Source: Octopus vulgaris
Taxonomy: Eukaryota
Reading direction: 5' to 3'
Assembly: GCA_951406725.2 (NCBI GenBank)
Contig: OX597838.1
Location: forward strand, 3,782,001-3,846,000
DNA length: 64,000 nucleotides
The notes under the pieces are model-generated. The model made no database searches. It was given only the letters and a program-made list of their open reading frames with translations, and was not told the DNA's origin. Within the stretch, counting starts at the first letter, position 1, and the number at the start of each line of letters is the position of its first letter. Position numbers and translations under genes: made by a program. Below are positions 12,800-29,170 of the stretch, piece after piece.

Positions 12800-13362
12800 C
12801 TACTTGTCACAGCTGACTATTTTGTAGAATGCAATCAGGACTGAAGGCAATTTGGAAGCTTGATATGCAATGATGTTTTGTGTTAAGCTGGACAAAAATT
12901 CTACAGAATCTTGTGAAGTGTTCCAGACTGGTTCTGGGTTAAATTGTGTGAGCCGAGCATCTGCCTTTCGCTGATACAAGAGGCCAGTCAAAGCAAGTCC
13001 ACCGAGAAGCTCGTGGTGACTTGCTTTTTTGACAGCAAGGGTTTCATCTACATATATCCAGTGGGACCCTTCTAAGCAGACGGTCAAGAAAGAGTACTAT
13101 GTGGAGGTTCTGATGGAGTTCAAAAAGAGATTTCGTCGTAAAAGGCAAGAGCAAGTGCACCAAGACAATGCAACAGTCCGCAATTCTATCCTGGGAACCA
13201 AATAATTGTCAGACAAGGACGTCAAATCTGTTCCTCGTCCTCCTTAAAATCCGGACCTTTCTCCTTGTGACTTTCAGAAGGAGATCAGAGATTTTTTGGC
13301 TTCTCGGAAATTGATAAATGTCTCTTTTGAAAAAGTATAAAAACTTCAGGAATGCACTTTGC
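12800..13362 (+). pseudogene. Degraded mariner (DD34D-type) transposase
   Basis: KLVVTCFFDSKG...QTVKKEYYVEVLMEFKKRFRRKR...HQDNA (13158)...PP*NPDLSPCDF (PDL at 13251). Confidence 0.85.
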
Positions 13363-13375
13363 AATTATCAAAGAA

Positions 13376-13378
13376 TGT

Positions 13379-13433
<55 letters not shown>

Positions 13434-13846
13434 TATGTGTGTGTGTAAGTATGAATGTATGTATATATATGCATATATGCATGCATACGTACACACATGC
13501 ACACACACACATACATACATACATACATACATACATACATACATACATAATTACATACTCACATACATTCATACACACACGCACACAAATACGTACATAC
13601 GCACAAATACATGCATACACACACATGCATTCATACACACACATGAATACGTACATACACACAAATACATACATACACACACATACATACACACACAAAT
13701 ACATACGCACAAATACATACATACACACATGCATACATACACACATACATATACACACATACATACATACGCACACACACACATACATACATACATACAT
13801 ACATACATACATACATACATACATACATACATACATACATACACAC
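13376..13846. repeat. (GT)n/(TACA)n microsatellite block
   Basis: Directly visible. Confidence 0.95.
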
Positions 13847-14383
13847 ATTAAGTATGCTGGCAACAGGATTTACAAATTTCGTTGATAACGATAAACTTCA
13901 GACACTCGAGACACAGAAACACATTTTTCCCCATAATTAGTTAATTAAGTAATGAGTGTCTCTGTCAATAGAATAGAATATACTTCCATTTCTTATCGAA
14001 TGGGATAGTTTTTCCCACCAGACGACTACGACGATAACAACAATAAGAACAACAGCAGTTGTTGATGTTATTGTTGTTCTGACATTTCCGTGAATTTATC
14101 ACCCTATCCTAGATTGCTACTTTTGTAAAAGAAAAAAAACCCAAAAGGATAAAAGACAATGTTGGAATTTGGTGTGATTTGAACTCAGAGAATGGTGTTA
14201 GAAAAAAGGCCTGTGAAATATTCTGTCCGTCGCTCAGAAGACCCTATCAGTTCACCGCCAAGTAGACCTCAATGCTCATCTGATGTTCTTTCTACTCTAG
14301 GCACAAAGCCCAAAATTTTCGGGGAAGGGTCCAGTCGATTAGATCGATCCCAGTACGCAACTGGTACTTAATTTATCGACCCC

Positions 14384-15391
14384 GAAAGGATGAAAAGCAA
14401 AGTCTACCTCGGCGGAATTTGAACTCAGAACGTCGATGAAGTAGGTACCAGTAACGTACTAGGGTCCATCTAATCGACTGCCCTCCCCCTCCCCAAAAAT
14501 TTCGGACCTTGTGCCTAGAGTAGAAAAGAAAGGATGAAAAGCAAAGTCTACCTAGGCGGAATTTGAACTCAGAACGTCGATGAAGTAGGTACCAGTAACG
14601 TACTAGGGTCCATCTAATCGACTGCCCTCCCCCTCCCCCAAAATTTCGGACCTTGTGCCTAGAGTAGAAAAGAAAGGATGAAAAGCAAAGTCTACCTAGG
14701 CGGAATTTGAACTCAGAACGTCGATGAAGTAGGTACCAGTAACGTACTAGGGTCCATCTAATCGACTGCCCTCCCCCCTCCCCCAAAATTTCGGACCTTG
14801 TGCCTAGAGTAGAAAAGAAAGGATGAAAAGCAAAGTCTACCTAGGCGGAATTTGAACTCAGAACGTCGATGAAGTAGGTACCAGTAACGTACTAGGGTCC
14901 ATCTAATCGACTGCCTCCCCTCCCCAAAAATTTCGGACCTTGTGCCTAGAGTAGAAAAGAAAGGATGAAAAGCAAAGTCTACCTAGGCGGAATTTGAACT
15001 CAGAACGTCGATGAAGTAGGTACCAGTAACGTACTAGGGTCCATCTAATCGACTGCCCTCCCCCTCCCCCAAAATTTCGGACCTTGTGCCTAGAGTAGAA
15101 AAGAAAGGATGAAAAGCAAAGTCTACCTAGGCGGAATTTGAACTCAGAACGTCGATGAAGTAGGTACCAGTAACGTACTAGGTCCATCTAATCGACTGCC
15201 CTCCCCCTCCCCAAAATTTCGGACCTTGTGCCTAGAGTAGAAAAGAAAGGATGAAAAGCAAAGTCTACCTAGGCGGAATTTGAACTCAGAACGTCGATGA
15301 AGTAGGTACCAGTAACGTACTAGGGTCCATCTAATCGACTGCCCTCCCCCCTCCCCAAAAATTTCGAACCTTGTGCCTAGAGTAGAAAAGA
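14384..15391. repeat. Tandem array, 7 units of 142-145 bp, derived from SINE family B
   Basis: Unit starts (gaaaggatgaaaagc) at 14384, 14528, 14672, 14817, 14959, 15103 and 15245. Units are near-identical apart from homopolymer lengths. Confidence 0.95.
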
Positions 15392-15792
15392 ATAAACCCT
15401 CACACCGCATCCAGCTACTTTTAAGCCTTGGGGGAAATCACGGAAATATGGCCGCCGTGGCTGCAGTATATATATATGCTTATTGACATGCTTCTAATCG
15501 GCCAGTCAATGCAGACCCGGAACTTAACAGCAGCAACAACAGCACTTACAATTAATTTTATCATTTGATTCATTGTTTTTCCCTGTGATATCTTCCGGTT
15601 AATACTTAGAATACCAGACGAAGAAGAGGAACACGACATAGGCAGCCGGATGTTCTTGGTCACAACAGGACAATTTATGCTGAAGCGATATCGTTAGACA
15701 GGAAGCAGCATTATTATTTTGAATATATTTTCTGACAACATGGAAAATCCAGAAACACACGCACACGCGCATACACACTCATACACATTCAT

Positions 15793-15844
<52 letters not shown>

Positions 15845-15965
15845 GCCTGATATACACGTATCGCGTTTTGCATCGAAATTGTTCAGGCACTTTTGTTTAC
15901 CAACATTAAATGCGTGTTTGTGCATGTATGTATCATGTGTATGCATTCATGTATGCACGAATGTA

Positions 15966-16047
<82 letters not shown>

Positions 16048-16167
16048 CGTATGCGTGTATATATGCATGCATGTATTTTGTCTACTGGGGTACAAAACAT
16101 TTGAATGATTCGTGGTCATTTATTTGTCAGGAATCGACATAAAGCTATTCTTTATAAAGATAAAGTC

Positions 16168-17060
16168 CATCCATCCATCTTTGTCAACGATTCCTGAAAG
16201 GGTTTTGCGAGTAGAGTCCTAAGACATTTCTGTAAAGTTCTGTCAGGGTTACTCATTTTTGCCAGCTATGAATTGGAGTTACGTGAAATGAAGCTCAAGA
16301 ATACAACGCGTCGCCCGATCCAGGAATCGAAACCACAAGCTTACGATCAGAAGTCCAACACTCTAACCACTAGGCCACGCACCTCCACAGTCCAGGAGGA
16401 TCAGATGAGGAGAGCTAGGAGCTCACATGTTGGATGTTGGGTGTCCATTTCTGCCCACCATTCCTGAAAGGGTCTTGGGAGTAGTAGAGTCCTAAGGCAT
16501 CTCTTCCGTAGGGTCCTGTCAGAAATAACCATCATTAGACATTCTAACCGGATTCCCAAGCGTGACCAAGTGAGACTATGGACGTTATCCAGCCATCTTT
16601 TTCTCGGTCAGCAGCTAGGTTTTCTTTCGGTCATTGTGGGATTGAGTCTTCAAGGCATTTCCTCCATAGGATCCTATCAGAAGCAACTGGCATTAGATTT
16701 TCCGGCGGGGTTCCCAATCGTGATCCACTAAGATAACGGGTATTATCCAACAATCCCCTACTTGGTCTACCACTGGGTCTCCTACCGTTTATGGGGATAG
16801 AGTACTGAGGCACCGCTTCCATAGAAAGCAACCGGATGGATTCCTAGGCGTGACCACCTGAAACAACGGATATTATCCAACCATCCCGTTTTGGATCCAA
16901 GCCTAGATATCCTCCCCGTTGGATTGACTTGATGAATCCGTCTTGTGATTCTTTCCTGCGTCATTGTAATCACATGTCCGTAATACCGGACTCATGACCT
17001 CACAGAACTGAGAAGTAGCGACTCGACATGGACGGACTCCTGGATCTCCGAGCTATGAAC
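16168..17060 (-). mobile_element. RTE-clade LINE 3' remnants, interrupted by a SINE head (16246-16388)
   Basis: Minus strand: VRYYGHVITM...GRRPSGRPSRGLLDN...SRLGTPPE...VASDRILWRKCLE. (CATC)n tail at 16168. Confidence 0.75.
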
Positions 17061-17066
17061 TCAAGA

Positions 17067-17241
17067 CAACCCAGCCTAGTGTGAAGGTAGAACATCTACA
17101 ACAATCAGCATTGCTTGGAACTGCAAGAATTCTTTGCAGGGTTCTTGAAGCATGACCAGTAAAAAAATTGTCACCTTAGTCTGCTGGTTGTGGACAGTTG
17201 ACACTTTCATTCACACCCAGTAAAATAAGCTGTGAGTTTTC

Positions 17242-17243
<2 letters not shown>
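17067..17243 (+). mobile_element. R4/Dong-like LINE extreme 3' end abutting (TAA)n
   Basis: VEHLQQSALLGTARILCRVLEA*, then a short UTR, then (TAA)n. Confidence 0.75.
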
Positions 17244-17298
<55 letters not shown>

Positions 17299-17304
17299 TA
17301 ATAA

Positions 17305-17788
17305 TCCTTTCTACAATAGGCACAAGGGCTGAAATTTGGGGAGAGGGTGACAATTCATTGACATCGACTACAATAACAGTTGATTATCATTACATAATAA
17401 CAATCATAATGGTTTCAAATTTTACCACAAGGACCTCAGTGTTTAACTGGTACTTATTTTATCGACCCCCTAAATGATGAAAAATAAAGTCGACCTCGGC
17501 GGAATTTGAACTCAGAATGCAGCGACGGGTGAAATACCCATTTCTTTACTGCCCACAAGGGGCTAAACATAGAGGGGACAAACAAGGACAGACAAACAAG
17601 GACAGACAAACGGATGAAGTCGATTATATAGACCCCAGTGCGTAACTGGTACTTATTTAATCGACCCCGAAAGGATGAAAGGCAAAGTCGACCTCGGCGG
17701 AATTTGAACTCAGAACGTAGCGGCAGACGAAATACCGCAGAGCATTTCGCCCGACGTGCTAACCACTCTGCCAGCTCGCCGCCGCCGC
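17305..17788 (-). mobile_element. SINE family B cluster (full copy 17540-17788 plus partial copies); core resembles the Meta/Sauria-type SINE domain
   Basis: Minus strand GGCGGCGAGCTGGCAGAGTGG...GAGTTCAAATTCC...gcctttcatcctttcggggtcgat...aagtaccag. Confidence 0.88.
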
Positions 17789-17909
17789 CAATAACAACAA
17801 CAGCAACAACTGTTGTTGCTTGTTTAATAATAACGCATTTGCTGGCGGCCTCAAACATGGTTTTTCCTGCTCTTTTACGTCGAACATCCTGCTGCTGCGC
17901 TCCTGGCCG

Positions 17910-17942
<33 letters not shown>

Positions 17943-18062
17943 CCTGCTCTCTTTCTTTCTTTCTTTCTTTCTTTCTTTGTCGTCCTTTCGTAATACAAAC
18001 AGGAAACAACACCATCGGAGGAAAGAAGAAAACAACACGGCGAACCTACAAATTAACTGTAA

Positions 18063-18706
<644 letters not shown>

Positions 18707-18996
18707 CATGTTATTTATTATTGCTTTTGTTGAATAAAATTTGTTGAAAAAAAAAAAAACCCCGCAATAATTCTGCTCCAACCCAACAATTTGATAAGAA
18801 CTGCATAACTTAGATGATAGGATGTGGATCGAGGGAGATTCGACTGCTATTTCTAACCATTTCAGCGGGGACTCAGAGCTTCTATTATAGGCCCAAGTGT
18901 GTTTAATTTTCAGATGGCAGAATCTGGTTTCAGATTTAGCTTTCGTTTCAACGGGTTTTCAGACATGTTTCATTGACATATTATTCATACATGTGT

Positions 18997-19381
18997 GGAG
19001 GCGCAATGGCCCAGTGCTTAGGGCAGCGAACTCGCGGTTGTAGGATCGCGGTTTCGATTCCCAGACCGGGCGTTGTGAGTGTTTATTGAGCAAAAACACC
19101 TAAAAGCTCCACGAGGCTCCGGCAGGGTGGGTGGGAGTCGAACCCTGCTGTACTCTTTCACCACAACTTTCTCTCACTCTTTCTTCCTGTTTCTCTCGTA
19201 CCTGTATTTCAAAGGGGACAACCTTTGTCACACTCTGTGTCCCGTCGAAACTCTCCGAGAACTACGTTAAGGGTACACGTGTCTGTGGGGTGCTCAGCCA
19301 CTTGCACGTTAATTTCACGAGCAGGCTGTTCCGTTAATCGGATCCACTGGAACCCTCGTCGTCGTAACCGACGGGGTGCCA
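18997..19381 (+). mobile_element. tRNA-derived SINE family D
   Basis: GGAGGCGCAATGGCCCAGTG...GTTTCGATTCC head. The 3' body ctacgttaagggtacacgtgtctgtgg is shared with 46529. Confidence 0.85.
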
Positions 19382-20677
19382 CGATTCATATCTGTGACTA
19401 CACGAAATAGCAGTCAAATCTCCCTCAAATTCTACTCTGTTGTCTTCAATAAAAACACAAAAGAGAACGTATTCTTATATAAAGTATTTAAAAACAAGAT
19501 TTTGTAAGGTTGAAGCATCTTTGATCTTTGGGTTACTCAATCCGCGCTGGCCTGGGGCTAAACAACATAAGCCTGCGATTCTATTAAATGACAATTTGAT
19601 CACTTCCACGTTTCGTATTTCATCTTTTTCCTTTGGTTACTTATTTTAGCATTAAATCGCTGACACGTCGTCGTCACTGACTGAATGATGGCTGCTTAAA
19701 AAGGTCATTACGATAAATAAATAAATAAATAAATAAATAGATAAATAAATAAATAAATAAATACAGGTCGGCGAAAGGGGAGAATCATTGAAGCGCCGTA
19801 TAAATTGCCTTGGAGTCGTTTGTTCTGGATCTCTGTGCTGTGGGTTCAATTCTCACCGAGGACAACTTTACATTTTCGTCTTTCGATAACTAGAAAAGAA
19901 CTCCAGTTCAAGAGTAGTGGATTAGCAGAACTGTTAAAGAGGTCATGAGCAAACTGCGGCCCTCGACCTTCTCGAAAACGGGTTGTCCATTAGACGTCGG
20001 ATTAGACGTCTTATAGTGTCCATTCTGGCTCTTTGCATTCTGACAACGTCAGCACCTGAGAATGCCAGGTTGTATTGGTCCTTGCCTCTTCCTGGGACAG
20101 TATCAGGGACCAAGAGAGAGGGAAGCACTTGCTAGGGGACCAAATGCTGATCTTTCGTGGAAAAAAGACCTTGTCCAAATGTGGGCCTTGAACAAGAACT
20201 TTCCAGATGAAGTTTGACGAACTCGTAAGATATTCGGAAGACCGCGAAAATAGATAAAAGATAAATAAAATCAGAAGTCCAGAACGAAAATGAATTCAGT
20301 ATTAAACTAATGTGGAGGCCTCAAGGCTCTGGGGTTTACCTTGCTGAATATAACAGCTCAAATCTCCCTCAAATTACATACAGAAACAGGCACACACACT
20401 TGCACACATACAAACACACACACACACGCGCGCGCGCATACACATATACACACGTACATAATACACACATTCAAATTCCGATCTAACAATGGCCTGCACT
20501 TCGTTATGAAACGAAGATTTTTATGGGGGTCTCTTTAACAACGCTGATATACAATCATACATATGACGCCCAAAAAGGCAGAAATGCACATTAACTAATA
20601 CTCCCCTCCCACTGCTGCTAGGACAAATACTGTAGTTTCAAGGCTTTATGATATGCAGAATGCTATTATAATACATA

Positions 20678-20831
20678 GGCGCAGGAGTGGCTGTGTGGTA
20701 AGTAGCTTGCTAACCAACCACATGGTTCCGGGTTCAGTCCCACTGCGTGGCATCTTGGGCAAGTGTCTTCTGCTATAGCCTTGTGAGTGGATTTGGTAGA
20801 CGGAAACTGAAAGAAGCCTGTCGTATATATG

Positions 20832-20864
<33 letters not shown>

Positions 20865-21068
20865 CTGTGTTTGTCCCCCTAGCATTGCTTGACAACCGAT
20901 GCTGGTGTGTTTACGTCCCCGTCACTTAGCGGTTCGGCAAAAAGAGACCGATAGAATAAGTACTGGGCTTACAAAAGAATAAGTCCCGGGGTCGATTTGC
21001 TCGACTAAAGGCGGTGCTCCAGCATGGCCGCAGTCAAATGACTGAAACAAGTAAAAGAGTAAAGAGTA
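20678..21068 (+). mobile_element. SINE family A, full length (small internal deletion)
   Basis: Matches the 11599 copy. Confidence 0.92.
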
Positions 21069-22000
21069 TAACACCTCTTCATTTCATTTTCTGCTCTCTC
21101 GTTCCGCCCTTCCATGCAAACACTTGCTGCATCAAACCCCACCACCTCGATTGTGGCCTTACTCTCTGGTCTGTTTGACAACGATAAACTCATGAGAAGG
21201 AAAATCAAGGTTTTTCTGGGGTTTTTTCCCCCTTTGACAGCGTAACAGTCGAACACAAGCCCTGACAAGTAGAATAAATAGCCATAAATTATAATAAAGC
21301 ATTATAAGAACTAATCTGAGACAGAAATAAAGGAGTAATAGGCACACTGAGAGAGATAAGAGTACCTTCTGCGCTACCGGGTGGCCGCGTTTCCATGTTA
21401 CCCAGACATCCGATGTGTGATTGTTTAACTGTTTACCCAAGAAGATATCAGAAACACAACATAAAAGAGGAAACAAGAAACTAAACAAAAGTAAAAAGCG
21501 AGTAATACTACGCTGCAAAAAAGAAACGTTTCGGATATTAGTCGTTTGTCAAGAAGAAAATCAGAGTTGAAAATCGAGAAAGAAGTTACGTGGAAACAAT
21601 AAGAGAATAATATCTTAAAAATCGTAGAGTGTTGAATGATTTGTTTAAACTGTTTTCTTTTCTGGCAGGCATTATTTTCCGTTTCTCAACACTCTAAGAA
21701 TAAAATTTTGTTTTTACTCATCTCAACAATCAAAGGTATTAACACCTACAAGCAGTCTTTGCTTAAGAAAGGATGTTGGGAATAATGAATAATACATAAC
21801 GAAATCCCTGTGGAATTTGGTGTGGGTAGGGAGAAAAGAGAGGAGAAAAAAAGTAAATTAAATTTCTAAGGGTTGATATTAAAGGAGAGTTGTAAATAAT
21901 TAATGAGAAAATTCGCTCCAGGTTGTTGTTAATTATAATTTCTGTAAATTAGGTTAATTAGTTTAAACCATAACAAACACACACACACACACACACGCAC

Positions 22001-22039
<39 letters not shown>

Positions 22040-22129
22040 TAAATATATATACATGTACATATATACACATATGTACACACACATATATATATGTGTCTAT
22101 ATATATCTACACACACACACACACACACA

Positions 22130-22785
22130 TAGGGTACGTTAGGTACATTATCACGATTTTATATATTTTTAATTTCATGGATGTGATTTGTTTGTTTTTG
22201 ATTTTGTCGACTACACAGTATAGTAGGGTCAGTTGGACACAACTTGTGATTAAAACAGCACTATGACGCAATTCACTCTGCCAGAAATTTGGAAATGACA
22301 TGCTGTACTGCTTGGCATTCGTGCTGAAAGCTCCAGTACGAACATTTCAGAGTGTTTGGCTATCAATCTGAGACATGTATCGAGAATGATAAAAACCAAA
22401 CATCCAGTCAACACCATGATGTTTGGAGTGAGCACTAGTGATGGCGACGTTATGCCTCCATTCCTCTTCCCGCACGGCCTCAGACTCAACACAGAGGACT
22501 ACATCAAGTGCCTGGAGGGGGCAGTGCTACCCTGGCACAAAATGGTGGCTACTGGAAGACCCTATGTCACAAGCAGGAGAACCCAGTCATGGCTGTCAGA
22601 TAATTTCTGCGACCACATCACCCCTAACATCTGGCTACCCAACTCCTCAGACTGCAACACACTTCATTATTATGTGTGGGGCACAGATGAGCGAGAGACC
22701 GACAAAAGATGAACCGAAGTCAAGGATTATGGCAGCATTCACCAATTTAAACAAGGGAACCGTCCAGAAGATTCACCACACCCTG
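22130..22785 (+). pseudogene. Internally deleted Tc1/mariner-superfamily transposon, maT (DD37D)-like
   Basis: ORF 22356-22712: KHPVNTMMFGVSTSDGDVMPPFLFPHGLRLN...GRPYV[QQD motif deleted]TSRRTQSWL...WLPNSSDCNTLHYYVWG. Ends are tagggt and caccctg. Confidence 0.8.
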
Positions 22786-22900
22786 TGTATTTTTTTCCAA
22801 TGGCCGGATAACTGAAGAGATGGCGGCGTGGATTTCCACCTCAGCATCCGAAACTCGGAGTTTTATCATGGATACCGAATAATTGTCACGTATTTCATTT

Positions 22901-22949
<49 letters not shown>

Positions 22950-23032
22950 CTTACATTATACACACACATATATACATGCATATTTATGTTATGTATGAAA
23001 TACATATATATGTGTGTATGTATGTATGTATG

Positions 23033-23063
<31 letters not shown>

Positions 23064-23090
23064 TGTGAGTGTGTGTGTGTGTGTGTGTGT

Positions 23091-23322
23091 AGAGGCACGT
23101 GGCTTAGTGGTTACGGTGTTAGCACCATGATCGTAAGATTGTGGTTTCGATTCCTGGGCCGGGCGACGCGTTGTGTTCTTGAGCAAAACACTTCATTTCA
23201 CGTTGCTCCAGTCCACTCAGCTGGCAAAAATGAGTAACGCTGCGATGGACTACGCCATTGAAACCGGGAAACCGGGCCCATGAGCCTGGCTAGGCTTTAG
23301 AAAGGGCGCATTTATTATTTAT

Positions 23323-23323
<1 letters not shown>
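23091..23323 (+). mobile_element. SINE family C
   Basis: Matches the 12501 copy. Confidence 0.88.
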
Positions 23324-23377
<54 letters not shown>

Positions 23378-23934
23378 GCATACATGCATACATTGAATCT
23401 GAACCTATAATTCATGACAATTGGTTGTACGGTATCTCATCTGTAAAATATGGGTCCATGATGAGTCTAAACGGCCGCAGCGGGTCTGAATAAAGAGCTT
23501 CGTGAATTCCATTTTGTCTCTTATCTTCTGAATCAAAGCTGGACAGATATTTAAATCTGGTTAAAGTCTTCACGTCAGGACGAGACAGATTCAAGGCCTT
23601 ATGAGATCTTTTTAATGAAGGCTGGGTTGAGATTCAACGAAACAAACCACCGTTTAAGAGCATTATCGCTCATGGAAAAGTGACTAAAAAATATAGAAAA
23701 ACAAGGAAGGAAATTAATTAAAAAGATGTCTTCTAAGTCACAGTAATCGTCCCCATATGTTACAAATGGATTTGTTACTGTTTTTTCGTCGCTGATATTT
23801 TTTTCTCTCTCCGGAAACAAATGTAATTCGTAATAATGATTGTAACTTCATACATACACTGTACTATCGTATAACCAGAGTACAGACAGTCGCCGTCACT
23901 GGCGAGCGAGTACGGCTCGCTAATATGTATCCTG

Positions 23935-24080
23935 GTCAGCTTTGCCTTTCATCCTTTTGTGTGTATGTTGTGAGGTGGGTGGGCGAATAAAAATAAGTAT
24001 CAGCTGAGTCCGGGGGTCGATGTAATTGACCTACCTTCTCCCTTACAATTGCTGGCCTTGTGCCAAATTTTGAAACCAAC
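23935..24080 (+). mobile_element. SINE family B, 3' fragment
   Basis: ctttgcctttcatcctttt...ggggtcgatgtaattgac...ggccttgtgcc. Confidence 0.7.
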
Positions 24081-24214
24081 ATAATATAAATACATTATTA
24101 TTGTATTGCATAAAAACCAAGAACAATAAAAAAGAAATTACGTAATACATAATGGACAATTAAAACCAATGTAATAAAATTAATACAGGCTGTGTCAAAA
24201 GTCACGCACCGAAA

Positions 24215-24281
<67 letters not shown>

Positions 24282-25054
24282 GTTATTGTTGTTGTTGTTG
24301 TTGTTATTATTATTTTAAAAGGATTGACGTAACTCTTCACTAAGGTAAAAAATATCAAGACGAAGAGCGCGATTCGATGTCAATGGATATTTTATAGGTT
24401 GAACGATATTTCTACAGTACGTCTGTCTTTGTCGAGTTCAAAGTAAGAAGTGATAAAAATTCAAAATTAGAGAAATTCAAATTTAAAGTATGAACGAGAG
24501 CAACCAGCGTCCTCGCGTTGATGGAATGACATCATCAGTCTTTAAGTTTCAATTTTATAACAGGCAAAAAGAAGAAGACAGAAAGAAAAAGAGAATAGGA
24601 AAAAAAGAATATCTAATCAAACAGTTTTGTATAAATTTGATGATATTCTCCTGTCATTTTATTCATTCCTCCTGGGCGTGATGTTAATAACCCGCAAACA
24701 TATTTCTCCTCATGCATTTTGAGAAGCGAAAGTGAACCCGGCGTCGATAACGACTTCTCATATTTCGAAGCAAATGTTCTCAACCAGAATGTTCCTTTGT
24801 CCACTGGTTCAGAGGAATGGGAAATCAGCTTTTTCAGCTTCTTTTTTCTTTGTTTTGTTCATCAAGCAGTTACACAAATAGTTCAAACGATTTTTAGAAG
24901 ACTATATCTTTTCAAGGACACTCAAAATCTCCTTAATGTCTGCACCAAGCAACATTTATCTTTAACGATAGTCTTCAATAAAAGCTGTCTTTATGTTAAA
25001 TGAATTGCTCTCACCAATTCATTTTTACTTCCGGACAAATGTTATGACGCCGGG

Positions 25055-25486
25055 TTGAGAATCGGAGCGGAAGATTTTCCTGGAATTCCAATACAATCGA
25101 CCATTTTTTCTCACACGGAATTTCTAATATATAGTCCACATCGCACACTGTTCATTTATCTCACCATGAACAATCATTTTGTTTTGTCGACCAACTTTTT
25201 TGAAGATGTTTATATTTATGACAGTTTGAACATACCAGTATTACAGGAACTAAAAGTACAAATAACAATGATGTACTCACCACAAACAAACATAATTCCT
25301 ACAATTCAACAAGTTCATATTACCAACTCCCAAGTTGGCGCTTATGATTGTGGCCTTTTGCCCTGGCGTATACATTTGAACTGGTCATTAGAGACGCAAC
25401 AGAGAAGTTTTTGATTTGATCGCTAAAAAATGCGAGCACATTTAAGATTTTGCCCAGAAAACAATAAATTTGTTCCTTTCCCGAAA
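25055..25486 (+). pseudogene. Ulp1/SENP-like (C48) cysteine protease remnant, probably transposon-borne
   Basis: NNHFV...IYDSL...QVGAYDCGL, then a frameshift to ALAYTFELV...FDR*KMRAHLRFC...FVPFP. The His/Asp/Gln/Cys order is conserved. Confidence 0.75.
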
Positions 25487-25510
25487 GTAAAGGTTTTGTA
25501 AATGTATATA

Positions 25511-25950
25511 TACTCTCTTTTACTATTTTACTTGTTTCAGTCATGTGACTGTGACCATGCTGGAGCACCGCCTTTAGTCGAGCAAATCGACCCCAGGACT
25601 TATTCTTTGTAAGCCTAGTACTTATTCTATCGGTTCTCTTTTGCCGAACCGCTAAGTTACGCGGACGTAAACACACCAGCATCGGTTGTCATGCGATGTT
25701 GGGGGAACAAACACAGACACACAAACATATACACACACATACAGATATATATGCATATATACGACGGGCTTCTTTCAGTTTCCGTCAACCAAATCCACTC
25801 ACAATGTATACACAAATATGACAATATACATACTATAGCCTCGGTCCGAGGCTATAGTAGAAGACACTTGCTCAAGGTCTACACAGTGGGAATGAACCCG
25901 GAACCATGTGGTTCGTAAGCAAGTTACTTACCACACAGCCACTCCTACGC

Positions 25951-25951
<1 letters not shown>
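25511..25951 (-). mobile_element. SINE family A, full length, with an internal rearrangement
   Basis: Reverse complement of the 20678 copy; foreign insert and palindrome at 25805-25859. Confidence 0.9.
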
Positions 25952-25985
<34 letters not shown>

Positions 25986-26092
25986 CACACAGATAGACAG
26001 ACACAGATCGATATATAGATAGATTAATCTGAAGGGTTACTTTATACTTTTATAGAGTACAAGGTTGTTATGCTTAAACAAGAATATTATTG

Positions 26093-26137
26093 ACAGTGAC
26101 TTCGGAGTTTCGGCCATCAAAGCCATCGTCGGTCTAC
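26093..26137 (-). ncRNA. Degenerate type I hammerhead-like motif
   Basis: Minus strand: gtaga CCGACGA t ggct-ttgat-ggcc GAAA CTCCGAAG TC actgt. Stem II and the GUC site are present; stem I pairs poorly. Confidence 0.45.
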
Positions 26138-26162
26138 ATGCGTTGGACTTTATAAATGCATA

Positions 26163-26482
<320 letters not shown>

Positions 26483-26530
26483 TATATGTATATTGTCATA
26501 TTTGTGTATACATTGATAGATACAGAGAGG

Positions 26531-26566
<36 letters not shown>

Positions 26567-26570
26567 GGAT

Positions 26571-26636
<66 letters not shown>

Positions 26637-26761
26637 TGATAAATAGACAGACAGACATGTTCATAGACATATATATATATATATACATATTACGTAAATA
26701 TATATACATGCACGCACATATACATACATAGACGCACACATAAACTTACACTTACACACTT

Positions 26762-26796
<35 letters not shown>

Positions 26797-27145
26797 CACA
26801 CACACACATACACATAGATTAATATACACAACATCCCTATCAGTATGAGCACTTTCCTCTCATTTCTAGTTCCCCTCCAGACGCCGCCAAAGCAGAAAAC
26901 ATGAGACCCGGTTGTTGTGTCGCTGGATATGGCCAGCGTGTGTTTGTTTGAACAAAAGATTACGTGAGACTGGCAGCCGATCCAGTTGCAGACGACACGT
27001 AATGGAGATAAACTGACAAAGCAAACGAGACGGCATTTTGGCGAGGAAATGTGAGAAGGGTTAAGGTAACGGATTAGTTAAGAATGGATGGAAATGTTTG
27101 GGGAAAAAGGAAGCGGGGGGCGCTGAGAGGGGAAAGTGAGAGTGG

Positions 27146-29170
<2,025 letters not shown>

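Noticed and set aside
14384-15391. CRISPR-like regular array, or repeat-protein ORFs
   Set aside because: Whole units are identical with no unique spacers, there are no cas genes, and the unit is SINE-derived.
26860-27060. Possible coding exon after a cag acceptor at 26880
   Set aside because: No recognisable peptide, stops in all frames, and no convincing donor.
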